This document shows positions 48,689 to 61,289 of a stretch of DNA of 64,000 nt, in pieces. The stretch spans positions 310,001 to 374,000 of the forward strand of contig NC_027216.1 in the NCBI RefSeq assembly GCF_000981445.1. Reading direction: 5' to 3'. The translations under genes and the position numbers were made by a program. The stretch comes from Babesia bigemina (taxonomy: Eukaryota). Each line of letters opens with the position of its first letter. Position 1 is the stretch's first letter. The notes beneath the pieces are model-generated. The model was not told the DNA's origin. It did no database searches and saw only the letters and a list, made by a program, of their open reading frames with translations.

Positions 48689-50524
48689 ATGGCGCAACAG
48701 GAGGTGCTCAGCGCTTCGCAGCGCAACCTGCTTAGCAGAGCCACCTCGGCGACCTCGGAGCCCACGCCGGGGTATGTGTACAAGGACATCACCGACATGG
48801 TCCTGCGAGACCCTGCTATACTGCCGACCGTGGAGGATTATCTGCTGCAAAAGCTAGCGCGGAATGAACCATACATAAAGTTCAAATGCCTGAAATTGCT
48901 GAAAAACCTGTGCGCCCGGCTACCGCACGAGTTCAACAGGAACAAGGTGTGTCATTGTCACGCCGTCATCGAAGCGCGTACGTACAAGGCTCCTTACAGC
49001 GAACACAACGGTGACTACCTATGTCAGATGGTCCGAAACGAGGTGGAAGACCTCCTAAAGGTGATATATGGACAGCAGAACGCGTCGGCCGCTGGCGGTG
49101 TGCCGCCTAGTATCCCTCCTCAAAACCGCATGATCGGCTTTGGGAACATGCCAATGTCCCAGTCTTCAGCTAACAATCAATTCGGGAGCACAAATCCTGC
49201 AAATCAAAACTACTCCCTTCCGAACACGTATTCCGTGGGCTACGGTAATCAGGGCGGTATTGCTAGCACTGGCTTCGGCAACACGGCCTACGGTAATCAG
49301 GGCGGTATTGCTAGCAGCGGCGTGGGTAATATGGGATTTGGCAACACCGCCGTGGGCAGCCCAGCATACGGTAATGCCGGTGCCGGTCGCAAAATGGAGG
49401 GGTTCGGTAATTTCAAATCGAAGACGCCTGTAAACAAGTCCACGAGCAACCAGGCTTTCAAGGTAATCTCCGATGTCGCCAATAGGTTCATTCCAACTTC
49501 CATAATGGACAAGATAGAACGCGTCAGTTCGGCATTCACGTCGACGACGTTGGATCAGATCGAGAGGCACGTCACGTCGGCCTTTGACAAACGCAAAAGC
49601 ACGATGCAAGAACCGTACGCAGGCAGCTTCGCAAACACCCATCGACCCGTCCCAGCGTTCGTCCAGCCAAGTTTCAACACCCAGCCGGAACGTACCTTGT
49701 TGCCGTCGCTCATACCCGATGCGCACGCGCAGCACAGCACGGTGGAGGACGTATCGGGCGAGATTGAGTCGAAGCTCGTGAAGGACATTCTCACGTTCAG
49801 CGGTATCAAGGTCTCGCCGTCGCAGCAGATAATCGACGACTTCCTCATGCAACTGAAGGACGCCAACGTCCGTTATGTGGTGGATGAACTCTTACGGAGC
49901 ATCAACAACAGGGCGAACAGGTGGCAACTGCAGCTGAGGATTCTTTGCATCTTCGAGGCGCTGATCGTGCGCGCGAATATGGCGGACGATGTCATCAGCC
50001 ATCTCGCCACCGAGCTGCAGCCCATCCTGGTCAAATGCCGCGAGGAGAGCCAGCTGAAAAACAAGGCATACAGGGTGATGCAACTGCTGAATAGCGCGGC
50101 GAATGTGCCTCCGAGAGATGTCAACCTGATCAGTACCACGAGCCCTACCGAACGGAAAAGTCCTACTGCGGGCGAGGGCGTAAATACTAGCAGCGCATCA
50201 GAGTTGGACCTGTTCGCCAGTGACGTTGTGAAAGCGGATGACAACAATCAGAACGAGCCCCTGAGGAGCATCCCCAGCGACTTCACAAACCCCGCCTTCG
50301 ATCTTTTGGACAGCTTCACCCCCGTCAGCAGCATCCGCACACCTCAGGAGTCTCAGGCGAGCAACGCGCCTAAAACCACTATTGCCGACGACATTTTGGA
50401 TTTCGAGAATCTCGCCATAAGTACTGCAAAGAATCGCACATCCACTCCTGAACACGACCTCTTTGCCGCGCTCGACACAGTGGCCTTCCAACCGCAGGCT
50501 CGCGGCACAAACGATCTTCTCTGA
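48689..50524 (+). CDS. Tepsin-like (AP-4 accessory; ENTH plus VHS-like domain) protein
   Basis: N-terminal RATS...PTPGY.YKDI...YLLQKL...IKFKCLKLL pattern; second helical domain; acidic-hydrophobic DLF/DLL motifs in tail. Confidence 0.8.
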   Translation: MAQQEVLSASQRNLLSRATSATSEPTPGYVYKDITDMVLRDPAILPTVEDYLLQKLARNEPYIKFKCLKLLKNLCARLPHEFNRNKVCHCHAVIEARTYKAPYSEHNGDYLCQMVRNEVEDLLKVIYGQQNASAAGGVPPSIPPQNRMIGFGNMPMSQSSANNQFGSTNPANQNYSLPNTYSVGYGNQGGIASTGFGNTAYGNQGGIASSGVGNMGFGNTAVGSPAYGNAGAGRKMEGFGNFKSKTPVNKSTSNQAFKVISDVANRFIPTSIMDKIERVSSAFTSTTLDQIERHVTSAFDKRKSTMQEPYAGSFANTHRPVPAFVQPSFNTQPERTLLPSLIPDAHAQHSTVEDVSGEIESKLVKDILTFSGIKVSPSQQIIDDFLMQLKDANVRYVVDELLRSINNRANRWQLQLRILCIFEALIVRANMADDVISHLATELQPILVKCREESQLKNKAYRVMQLLNSAANVPPRDVNLISTTSPTERKSPTAGEGVNTSSASELDLFASDVVKADDNNQNEPLRSIPSDFTNPAFDLLDSFTPVSSIRTPQESQASNAPKTTIADDILDFENLAISTAKNRTSTPEHDLFAALDTVAFQPQARGTNDLL

Positions 50525-50649
50525 CGCAAAATAAGTGTAACGTAATTGTTGCTTTTAGCGATATATAAAGGGCCTGTGCGAGTAAGGTTTAGGTGTCATC
50601 GCAGCCCGCGACTGCGAGGCGGCGCGTGAGACCACCGGGAGGAGCAGCG

Positions 50650-51174
50650 ATGGGAAATCAACCGAGCAGCGCCCAGGGGGATGGAAAGTACGACCCCAAT
50701 GCCCTATTTGCGCGCGATGAGTCGCTCCAGCCTGAGGAGGAAACGTATTTCATGAACCATATGGTCAACGGATGCGAAACACACATCGTGTTCGCAGACG
50801 GCAGCTCTCTGCCGTGCTCCGTGATCTACGACCTGGCAGAAGACTGCCTACACCTACAGGTTGACGACAAGCGGCGGGTGATAGCGCTGAGTGATGTCGA
50901 AGAGATCCTCGGCGTTGATAACGTCGAGGGGCTGAGCAACGTCGACAAGGCATTGATAATAGACGCGCATATCGTGGCCTTCCGGCTAAGCAGCACCAAG
51001 AAGGCCATCCTTCTGCGTTTCAACGACCTCAAGGAGAGCAAGGGGTTCTACCATTTCCTCAAGGAGATCATCCAGGAGAACGCAGAGAAGGCGCCCAATC
51101 CGGAGCTTCTCGGAGCGGATGAGACAGCCGAGGAGGAGGAGCCGAATGAATGGTCCCAGACTATCATATTCTAG
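50650..51174 (+). CDS. IMC sub-compartment protein (ISP family, PH fold)
   Basis: MGN start; F...M..G...VF.DGS.L.C...Y...D.L...DDK.RVI.LSD pattern of apicomplexan ISPs. Confidence 0.75.
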   Translation: MGNQPSSAQGDGKYDPNALFARDESLQPEEETYFMNHMVNGCETHIVFADGSSLPCSVIYDLAEDCLHLQVDDKRRVIALSDVEEILGVDNVEGLSNVDKALIIDAHIVAFRLSSTKKAILLRFNDLKESKGFYHFLKEIIQENAEKAPNPELLGADETAEEEEPNEWSQTIIF

Positions 51175-51588
51175 ACCACCCCGTCAGTGCCGATATCGGA
51201 AAACCCACGTATTTGCCCCGCCACAGTAGGCCGCCGCTGACCGCTAGCGCGGCAGCAGTCACGTTAGGCGGATTAAAAGTTTCATAGCGCATATACGAGA
51301 TGCCACGCTTGTCACACGAGTTTAATTCTATACCAATGTAGCGCAAAATCCCTTGCGGGACCCTCACTCTATGAACGATGCCTCGCTGCCGGTGCAGAAT
51401 CTAATGCATGGACAACGAAATACGCCGCAGCACCGAACGCGTCACAATAAGATAACAAACACTGCTACAAACTTGTCGAATTGCGCAAGTGTAAAAGGCC
51501 GCCGGCCATGGATATGGCCGGCCCAAGCCCTGGACTGAAAACAACGAACTGCGCTCCCCTGGCGTAAACCGTATGATTAGCAACAGAG

Positions 51589-52029
51589 TTAGAACCTCAG
51601 CTTCTTCCTGAGGAAGAGTGCATCCTTGGAGATCTTTCCGTCGGCAGGGTCGGGGTTGTTCAGGGTCTCCTCGAGCACCGCCTTCAATGCCTTGCGAGCC
51701 TCCTTGCGCGTGGCCTGGTTCTCCATCTGCTCGTCGGTCACCAGGGTCTTGGGGTCGATGCGGCCGGTGACGGTGTAGCGGGTGGGCATAAGGTGGTTCA
51801 CGTTGATGTACTTCACGAAGGGCTTGATGCGCATACGCTTCTGCATCTTCTCCTTGCTCATGTTGCGGGTGACCTTGAGCGGGTGCTTGTCGACACCCGC
51901 CACCAAACAGTTAGCGTACGGGCGGCGCTTGCTCGGGCTCTCGTTGCAGTGGACGATGATGCCCTTGCGGCCCGCACGACGGCCTGCGAGCACGACTACA
52001 ATGCGGCCTGGTTTCATAAGCTTGGCCAT
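51589..52029 (-). CDS. RPL27: 60S ribosomal protein L27 (eL27)
   Basis: MAKLMKPGRIVVVLAGRRAGRK...KPFVKYINVNHLMPTRY...KKLRF. Confidence 0.97.
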   Translation of the reverse strand: MAKLMKPGRIVVVLAGRRAGRKGIIVHCNESPSKRRPYANCLVAGVDKHPLKVTRNMSKEKMQKRMRIKPFVKYINVNHLMPTRYTVTGRIDPKTLVTDEQMENQATRKEARKALKAVLEETLNNPDPADGKISKDALFLRKKLRF

Positions 52030-52598
52030 CCTGCAACAGAAGTTAGGAGCCACAACAACAATGTGTAATTATCAGCGGTTTGCGTGCAGGGCGCGGCTCA
52101 GTCAGAGGCGAGGCACGCACGCACGTAACCCACGCAACCGGTGTATACACCACGTCCAACCCACCTGCTGAAGCGTTTGCGGGAAGCTTTCCGATGGATT
52201 CCGATGTATAGGTTTCGCCGTAAAAGTAGAAAAAGGCGATACTGCGTGAAATGACGGCAGGCCCTGCGGTTTCCGGGAAACCGGCGCCGCGCGACCCACC
52301 CACCACGCCAGGGTCGGTAATGGGGAAGCACAGCAGGTGCCAGAGAGCCCATTATTTCTCACAAGACATCCGAACTGGTGGTTATTTGAGGCTATAGCAT
52401 CTAGTAAAGTGCCAAAAAGTGGTCACAGCCGCCGCCTAAAATCGTGGCTGCGGGCCACGCCGACCAACAGAGCCGCAGCCCGTTTGGGGGCAGCAAAACT
52501 CGATAAAAGCCGCTCACAACAGCGACATAAGTACGTCGGGCGCGATGTGCTCGATTGGGACTAAATTATAATAAGTATTGGGCCCTTAAGGTCCATTG

Positions 52599-54125
52599 TC
52601 ACTCCTCGCAAAACTCGATCGCCGCAGTTTTCGCCAGGCCATCGGAGCGATACACACCATCCAACGTTCCTAGGCGCTGGAACCGACCGTAACAGTCGTC
52701 GCATAGGTAACACGGGATTTGAGGCAGCGCCAGACTGTTGAACACGGACTTGTCGGCTTCCCTGAGCTCGCAGATGTGGCACTGCACGGAGCGCCGGCGT
52801 GGCATGAAGACGCATACGGGGTAGCAGGGCTCGTATGGACAGTCGCGCACGCGGTCGAATGCTCGTACAGCCGTTATCATCATCCTGTGCTCGCAGTCTC
52901 CGTGGTGCAGCAGGTACCCAGGAATATACACTGGCAGCTCCATATGATACAGAATTGCATCGCTCTGCTCGATACACTCGCTCGTGTGTAGTGCGCCCGG
53001 TTTGAACTGCTGATAGAAGTGCAAAAGGGGCTCTGAGTAGTCGCACGCGTCTCCACGGAGGTCGGGGAACAGCTGGCCATTCAACATAAAACAGGAGCCG
53101 CGCACCTCGAGGTCGACGCCCACTGGGCGGATCTCGGCGGGGCAGCGGAACGCGTCGCGCAGGTCGGCGAGGCTTTGTGACGCCAGTATGTCGTATTCGC
53201 GCAGTTTGTGGCCTCTGACACCATGATAAAGAGTAACTGTCACTATCAGCTCGTCATCCGCAGCCATGATGAGAGCCGATCGGCTCTGCTCCTCGAGGTA
53301 GCGTTCGGTGGCGCTTTGGTGTAACAACGGCGCGCTCGATTGATTTTGTGGGCCCGTAAGGATCAGCGGCCGTGTTGTCTCTAGCTCATGTGGCATGTTG
53401 CGATACGCATACCGTCGCTCGCCAATAACCAACTGGTAGCTATCGAGGGTGACAATATCCGCGAACAACTTGTGTAGCCGTTTCTCCGACCAAACATTGC
53501 TATCTTCGTCGACGGTTATGTCTAAACGCTTACGGGCGTTCTGGCCCTGTTCCCTCCGTATCTTCGCCATGTGGCGCAAGTTCATGTTGGCGGCATCCCA
53601 AATGACCTCTGTAATCGTCGGTGTGCGGATAGGTTGCGATAAGTAGCGCTTCAACGATGTTTCCGTCCGCAACTGGCACAGCTGCGTGAGGCAGGCAGAG
53701 GTAACTCCTTTCATCTGTCTTTTCAAGCGCGATTTCTTGATGTCGATGGACTTCTGCCGCAGCGCATCCAGTCGCTCTATCACCTGGCGATATTCATCCT
53801 TGAACGCAAACAGGTCAACATGGCTTGTCGGCAAATCCTTCTTAAGGTCACAATCAAGGATCACCGTTGGCTGCAGCTCAGGCGGCAGGGGCCGAGGCGC
53901 CAGTACCGATACTGAACCTACGCCCGTCCGACGGTGCTTCGGGGCTGGGTAGAGTGAGCTTGACAACTCCAGGGCAGCTTCATGGTCGGATTCGTAGTGG
54001 CAGTAGGGAGGTCGAGTGCATCTCCGCTCGCCGTCTACGATTATGATGCTCGATAGGTCAAACAGCTCACAAATGTCGAAGTGCGGAACGCGCTGGAATT
54101 GAGGCCCAGATTGGCTCCAGGCCAT
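52599..54125 (-). CDS. SNAPC3: snRNA-activating protein complex subunit 3 (SNAP50)-like
   Basis: SQSLADLRDAFRC, HHGDCEH, YP..., C..C...P.IPCYLCDDCY zinc-finger C-terminus. Confidence 0.85.
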   Translation of the reverse strand: MAWSQSGPQFQRVPHFDICELFDLSSIIIVDGERRCTRPPYCHYESDHEAALELSSSLYPAPKHRRTGVGSVSVLAPRPLPPELQPTVILDCDLKKDLPTSHVDLFAFKDEYRQVIERLDALRQKSIDIKKSRLKRQMKGVTSACLTQLCQLRTETSLKRYLSQPIRTPTITEVIWDAANMNLRHMAKIRREQGQNARKRLDITVDEDSNVWSEKRLHKLFADIVTLDSYQLVIGERRYAYRNMPHELETTRPLILTGPQNQSSAPLLHQSATERYLEEQSRSALIMAADDELIVTVTLYHGVRGHKLREYDILASQSLADLRDAFRCPAEIRPVGVDLEVRGSCFMLNGQLFPDLRGDACDYSEPLLHFYQQFKPGALHTSECIEQSDAILYHMELPVYIPGYLLHHGDCEHRMMITAVRAFDRVRDCPYEPCYPVCVFMPRRRSVQCHICELREADKSVFNSLALPQIPCYLCDDCYGRFQRLGTLDGVYRSDGLAKTAAIEFCEE

Positions 54126-54583
54126 CCTGTCGAGGGGTCATAATGCGATTTTAAAGAACGAAGTGAACTATCACTATAAACGTAGGCGCGGAAGTAGTTA
54201 CAACGTTACATATGAACACCCTGCGGCACCTTGGCCCAGTAAGATGTGTAACAAAAAACTGGAAGCAGGCCTATTATGTCTTGTAAAACTGTGCACTCGT
54301 TAATTCTGTACGCTTGAAGGTGCAAACGATACATTGGCGCGTGCCCTCCCGCCGGCAGGGTGGAAGGCGCCTACACCACGACACCCGGGATAACCACCTA
54401 CTACCGACTTCACTCGCGTCCCAGACAGCGCCAAAGTAACACAAGCGTGTACACACTTACTTGGCGCTACTCAGCCGTCACTATGTGAACAGGTGCTGTG
54501 GAATCTTGTCGGCGACATTGTGGAGGCCTGCCGGAGAATCCGCTCTTATTGTTGTTACGTCTCACACATACAGCAAACAACAC

Positions 54584-55853
54584 ATGATACTGTTTGAGAT
54601 ACTTGGTCATAGCCGGCTACAGTGCCTCAACAGGGCCAATTTTTGGATCGGTCTGGGAAACTGTGTCGGTAATGTCAGCCCGTACGCTGTGGCAGTGTAC
54701 ACCTGTAATAGACCACTCCAATGCGCCGCTGCACTATCAACGCGTCCTGTGAGAGAGCTCTCCGGCGCTATCAGGTCAATCGCAACTTCGGCTGTGCGAT
54801 GTGATAACTCGATGGAGGAGCTCGGTATGTGCTGCCTACAAGCGCGCCATATGATCGCAGGCCCGCCCATAAAGCGGCCTCTACGCTACCTAGATATGAA
54901 GACATTCCGGATGTTTCTGAAGCAACAGAAGATACGGGACATAGAAAATGAGAAGAGAGCCATAGCACAAGCGCATGCCAAGCCACCTCCAGGTACGATG
55001 CGTTAACCACCTTAGCGTCACCGTAGACGAGCAGCAGCTCATACCATAAACGGAATATAGATATGTCTAGCAACTGGATAGACTTGACCGATATAGTTGT
55101 GCAGAAGGATGGGGCATCTTGGAGTTCCTTAATGCAGCAGGTATCACGGAAGGAGCTGAGCTCATAGCTGAATCGTTCCAATCGTGGAACGAATTCATCA
55201 GCAGCACTATGGAGGTCAGGCGGATAATACGGCAACTCATATCCCGTAGGAGCTCTATGCGAACAGCAGCATGACCAACAAACAGCGGCGCACCATCTTC
55301 AAGCATATCACGTTCGTCGAGTGCGTGGGAAAACACATGGTAACTGCAGGTTATACAACCACGGCATGTGGCCGCTTGGCAAATACGATGACTATATTAG
55401 TACCTTTCAGGTGGGGTTGGTGATGAGCAGACTCATCTGGAGTAGGCCAAACCGCTAGCAAACGAGGGTATGCCGTGGGAGTCAGAGGACGACGCTGAGC
55501 TCCTGCGGCTTGCCGAGTTCTACGACGCCGAATACGGGGACCCCTGGTTGTACTTGTCGTGGGAGATGCAGCGCACGCCGGAGGATGTCCAAGAGCGGTA
55601 CATCCAGTTGGTAACTATTCCCAAGTACCGCAGCGACACCTGCGAAATCGCAGTTACCAAGGCGCACAAACCGCTGCTCATGAATAGAAAGTTCAAGCTG
55701 GATCCGCCGTTTTTGTACATAATTCCGTCAAAAGAGAACTTCCCACTCACGCCCGTGTACCGCAATCTCGAAGACCGCACGCCTGTTGAGCCCAAGGAGA
55801 CATTTTCAAAAAAGTTCCAGGTGTACAGGCGGCCCGAGTGTTTTAAGAACTAA
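54584..55853 (+). CDS. Probable mitochondrial protein with IGR/mS41-like and Myb-like segments, multi-exon
   Basis: WGILEFLNAAGI...FQSWNEF...KQRRTIFKHI resembles the IGR motif; PWESEDDAELL...W..LSWEMQRTPEDVQERY is Myb/SANT-like; exon structure approximate. Confidence 0.5.
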
Positions 55854-55860
55854 TCGCAAA

Positions 55861-58782
55861 CTAATTTATTGCCCACAAATCTTCCTGGACCGCGTTCACG
55901 CTGGCAATGAAAGGCTTCGAGGCCAAGAGTGCAGCGGGGTAGCCGCAAATCACACATGCCCTCGACAGGTACTCGTTGTATGCCGATACGCTACGCTCAT
56001 CCACTCGCCTTTCGAATTCCCTGTGCAGGCGTTTTAGCTCTAACAGATCAGCTCCGCTCAGCAAACTGCGAAGCGTTGTAGCCACGCAGGAACGATGAAA
56101 TGCGTGCGCGCAGGGAAATACGATGAAATGACCTGTATGCAGTGGGTGAGAGCATGACATGCAGTTTCTGTCCACGGGCAGGCTAACGCAGCGGCGAGAA
56201 GCCATCTCAATTTCCGACTTGGTCTCGGCGATGCATGCGCAGAGGTGGTCAACCTCCTGGCGACGCTCCTCCAGGTCGGATTCATACTCGGCCACAGACC
56301 TCGAGATGATGCTGCTCAGGTCGCCCAATTTCGTGTCTTCTGGGAGCAGGTGCAAAAGGTCGTGCACTTGTAGCAGTCCGTTTGACGTGTCAATGATGGA
56401 GCCCAAAGATGCCTCGCCATTGCGGGAAGACTGGAGCAGAATGTAGCGCCAGAGACGGCAACGGGTAAATTCGTCTGACGGCCTCATTGCGCACTGTTTC
56501 GCCAATTCCATATTGTTCTGGGAAAGCGCCATTTCCAGCGCATCCTCGTTCATGCCGCATAAACTTTGCAAGACAATAAAGGGCACAGACCACCGGCTGT
56601 CCGTTGACGATTTGACCTTTAGATAGCGAAGTGCTATAGCGAGGTCAATGTGGCGGAAATCTACCAGATTCTTGTTGAGTACTTCCAACAAGGGCTCCTC
56701 AGTCTCCAAGTTAGCTAAAAGAAGGATGTAGCAGCACCACAGCAGCGAACGCTTCGACTCCTCGTGCGCAGTTTCGTTGGAAAAAAGCAGCCGTTCCACC
56801 ATGCCCAAGGAGTGGCGCAGGTAACGCTCATTTCGCATCATCAGCGGCAAAAGGGCAATGGGGAGCAGTATCACCGGGTCCAGCTTGCTGAACGAGGCCT
56901 GCTCAAACAACGCTGGGGCGTCCATGAACATCAGCGGGGCAAACCTCAGCACCAAAGCGTCTCGCTTATCGCTGGGAGGCATCTTAATGAGCTCCCTCAA
57001 TGCCCCTTCAACGTTGCCACTGTTAATCATGTAGTAGACCACGTTTGACGAATCGCGGCGGATACGGGCGAAATCCACACACTCGTCCCCGCAGCCCATA
57101 ACGGTCTGCAGCAGAAAGTTGATCGAGGGTGCCAGCTCATCAATGTGCGCCAGCGACCCTATGGTGGAAAACAGCTTTCGCCGGTACTCCTCACACCGAG
57201 TTGCCAGGGCACCAGTGTCAATGCCCGACACGCCGCGGCTCGCCTGCAGGGTGAGGAAGACGTCCCGGTAACGGTACCCGAGCATTTCGATAATCCATAC
57301 TGTGAGGATGATGAAACGCGGATTGTACCGGTACCAATTGCGCTGCTGCAGTTTCATGGTGATGTACTCCACAACCGCTTCCTCCTGGTGCTTTTTTAGA
57401 AAGTTGAGACAAATGTTCTCAAAGTTAGGGTAGCTAGCCTCCACCTGTCCATACATACGCGCCGACTCAAGGTATTTCCCACGTTCGTACAAGTCATAAG
57501 CGCTTTTAAGTAGTACGTTGTCGCGTTGCCCTGAGGTCTTACAGCTGGAAAGGGCGTTGGCGATGTCACCCTTGAACAAATAGTGCTTCCACGCATCTTC
57601 GGACTCCGCGCTGACACTGACCTCGAACATGCCTTCGGTGGCATGGAGCCACACTTCACCCGTCAAACGGTCGCGCAACAGCCAGTGCACCTTGCCAAAT
57701 GCGCCGTGAGGTAATGGCAGCGTGCCAACTTGTTTACCGACTATGGTGTTCACCACGCCTATGGTGTCGTCGTATAGAAGGAGCAGCGAATCACGGACCA
57801 CCACAACGCTTCTAGGCACCTGGATGGCGGGGCGGCGCAAGAAGGTCCTCACATGTCGCAACTTGGTCTCTTGCAGTGATGAAAGAGGATGTTGTGGCGT
57901 CATAATATAGGTTATCACGCTGGGCGGGAACTTCAAACAACTTGAAGCGTCGTCTGCCACACGATACGGGACGTTCACGAATACTATCCCCGTAGCATTC
58001 GCCCAGAATAAGTCGTGGCTCCCGTCACTACGCTCGGAGACGATGATATCCCCGATTGGTCCAGCCAGCGGCACCTCGTATCGCAACGCATTGGCACCCG
58101 TCTTCGAGTACTTCGAAAAGGTGTCATCGAACGACGTGCCTCCAAAGAACTCGTAGAGGCAACGTGTGGACGAAGCCACCAACACATGACAGCGTCCGCC
58201 GCGATACACCACGGGAATAATGCCTATGTCGAGTACTGGCTCCCCATCCGGTAACTTATACTGCGTGCGAAAGGCAAAGCTCGCTTGGCGGTAGTTAATG
58301 CGCCCCTCAAGCAGGCTGCCGCGCTGGGTGCCTAGTAGGAACGATCCAGTGAAGTCCTCACTTGTCGCCTCCGTGAAACAAGCAGAGCGCACGAAGCACC
58401 CGTTTAAACTTGTTAGCGATACCAGGTCAGGGCTTTGAAAGTTGGAGTACCAGTGGTGTCCGGATGCGAGGCATGCGATACAGTGGAAGGATTTCGTGTC
58501 TACGAACAGTCGTTGCACCTCAGAAGCAGCCCCTACTTAGCGATGAGGAAATACATGCGATACATTTGACGTACCTTGTGCCTTGGGGCGCAAAGTCACA
58601 CATTCAGCCGACGTATGGGTTGATCTGGAATCCTGAGTTGAACTTGATGGGCAGGTGTAGCGCAGAATCCGACCATCCTGCAGACCAAACCACACCGACT
58701 TATTAGAGACGGTGAGGGAGCTGACTTGGCGTTGATTTACAGCTTTGAAGCCCCGTGGCTCCGCATAAACCTTAACAGGCAT
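55861..58782 (-). CDS. VPS18: Vacuolar protein sorting 18 (Pep3), HOPS/CORVET subunit
   Basis: FLLGTQRGSLLE, AWKHYL..GD...AL..CKT..QRD, C-terminal RING C..C..PL....F.VFPC.H.FH..C; short intron near 58540-58575. Confidence 0.9.
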
Positions 58783-59204
58783 CCTGCTGGTACGTCATGT
58801 TATAACAGCAAAAACAGATACAGCCACAAAGCGCTACACTGCCCTCCCAGGCAAGCTACATTTTACATTATAACCTTATAGTTGTCATTTCATCAGGCGG
58901 CGCAATAAACGCCCTTATCTGTGTGTCATAAGTACCGCCGTTCGATACCCCTCATTCTATGCTACGAAGCAACGGCTTGCGATCGTCACCCACGCCCCTT
59001 GCTAATAATATTGATGTTTTAATTAGTATCTAAGACTTATATGCGTCCTTGTACCGAAATGTGTGACTGCCGTTGCAGTGTCTCATCCACACACACGCAT
59101 AGAATCTTGCATCACGGGATAAAGGCAGCTTAAAAATTGTTTACATTGACCATGTAAAACATGTCTACCACACCATCGAAATTGTTGCCAATAGCATCGG
59201 ATCG

Positions 59205-61027
59205 ATGGCCTGGCCTGTGTGGAGAATTTATAGAGAAACTGTTGAATTTAGGCGTAGAAACTGGCGCCATCATCGCAACCAAGAATCCCAACAGAGTCTA
59301 TCTAAAGAAGGGGCTTCTCAATGCCACTCGTGGGAGATCTCTCACGCATTTCGTGAGGTTCCTGGGACCTACGGAAAAACAACACTTAAAGACAATGATA
59401 CACATGGAATGCCCAGTCATCTGCCCCAATCGGAAGGTGTAGGTCTTATCTCTATTTTGCGCTGCACAACGATATCCAGCATGATACCCCCGGTAGAATC
59501 GATGCCAAATAATGTTATGAAGTCGGCCAAAAAATTGCGAAACTTCTTCGGAGTGCCCGAGGCACAGATATGCCGTGGATGCATCAAACGTGTCAGATGC
59601 AGGAGGTACCAACAAGTAAGTCTGAAGAAGCAATTGTTCCATTTAATCTTGCGGGAGATATAGATGCACATGTTTGTGTGTTATTTGTAATTTGTGCAAG
59701 TGTATCCAGCTGTTCTGTTCCTGCTCGAATTCTTAGTTATCGCTTGAAGCATAGCTTCTGTAACCGTTTTCATGCCAGGTACAAATCGAGTGGCATTCAC
59801 GCTTACAATGTAATTTCGCGTAACCGTGGCTGGAGGCTCGGGAAAAACACTGGTGCCAAAACATCCGCATGTCTGTGTATATTCCACGCAGGTAGAGAGG
59901 GATCTTCCTGATCTCAGTGACGTTACCGCCGTTCTCATTGGAGTCTATTCCATTTGCAAAATATACATGCAAGGTTCGGATTTAGTGGTGCCACAATCAT
60001 CACTTAAGGAGATTTCCTCGGTTTCATCTGTTATGGATGCACTGTTACATTATCTTCGAGCGTCACCACAGCGTATAGATGTAAGTATTATCCGCATTAA
60101 GCTTATATAAGTGGCAGTATGAGCAATTAGGCGGCGAAAAGGCCGAGCGGTTGGTTCAAAAACACGCGAAATTTAAGGAGGCAAAGCGGCTTGAGATATT
60201 GAAGCAAAAGGTTAGTTGGGTGACTAGGTATGCATTACTGCAGTGTTGAACTACGTTGTGTTTAAGGCATATTGCTAAGCACGATCACACAAATCGAACG
60301 TTAGAGATTGCGCGGCCGTCTTCACTGTTTACAGGTTTTCAACATGCCAGCTGGCTTTGGGGCAATGCCATCTGCTAAGACTTACATGGCAAGCTTCCAA
60401 CGAGATCTATACAACAAACTTAACAAAATCAACACCAAAGGGAAAGAAGACGACTCGTTGTGGGTGGAGGATCACGGAGACACCACGTTAGACTGTGATC
60501 GGGGCGAAGATTTTCTTGAAGGATTACACAAATTAAATGCAGTCAAAAATTCATTAACCCGAGTTTTACAGTCTCCAGATGTTACACAACCTGAGAAAAT
60601 CCATCAGTTACATCCACAATGTACAAATTTTAGAATGAATTATGAGACTCCAATCGGTACAGACGTCGACCTTTTGCGATACGATATGGTTAGCGATAAG
60701 TTTATTGAGGGTATAAAAGTGAACGCTAAAGGAAGGGTTGTTGTGGACCTGGACAGCCATGTACCAGCAATTGGGAGTGATGACACGGATTTAACACCCG
60801 GAATTGAATCTTACCGTGCAGTTACGGCACGAAAGGCAGGCAACTATTTGTCACTTATGAACAAGATACGCTCCCATGCGGTGGGCTTGCCTTTTTTGAA
60901 AAAAGTGCAGTACAACTACCAATGCCAGAGTTCTGGCAGCAAAGATAGCCTGGGACGTGTTAGCGATCAAGAAGAACGGGAGGCGCTTTCAGAGCTCGCT
61001 ATAGCACTCCACTCACACGAATCGTGA
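59205..61027 (+). CDS. Hypothetical multi-exon protein with a Cys cluster (CRGC...C)
   Basis: Successive open segments joined by GT-AG introns; 239-codon terminal ORF; family not recognised. Confidence 0.55.
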
Positions 61028-61289
61028 CAAATGAGCATATAAAAGTGGCAGCCGTCACGCTACTTACAATGTCAAACCCATTATAATGTAGTTCAACTTG
61101 TATACAAGGCTGCACATTCAGCTCCGGTTGGCCATTACTCGATTGACATGCCTGATATATAGGGTGATATATGGTGGCAGAATGTCACTCCTTTTCCGCC
61201 TTGGGTACCGGTTTTCGGTATGCGCCACCTAGTTACCAGTTATCTCGGACGTCACTCGTATAAACACTGCTCGAGCATTGCCGTTTATC

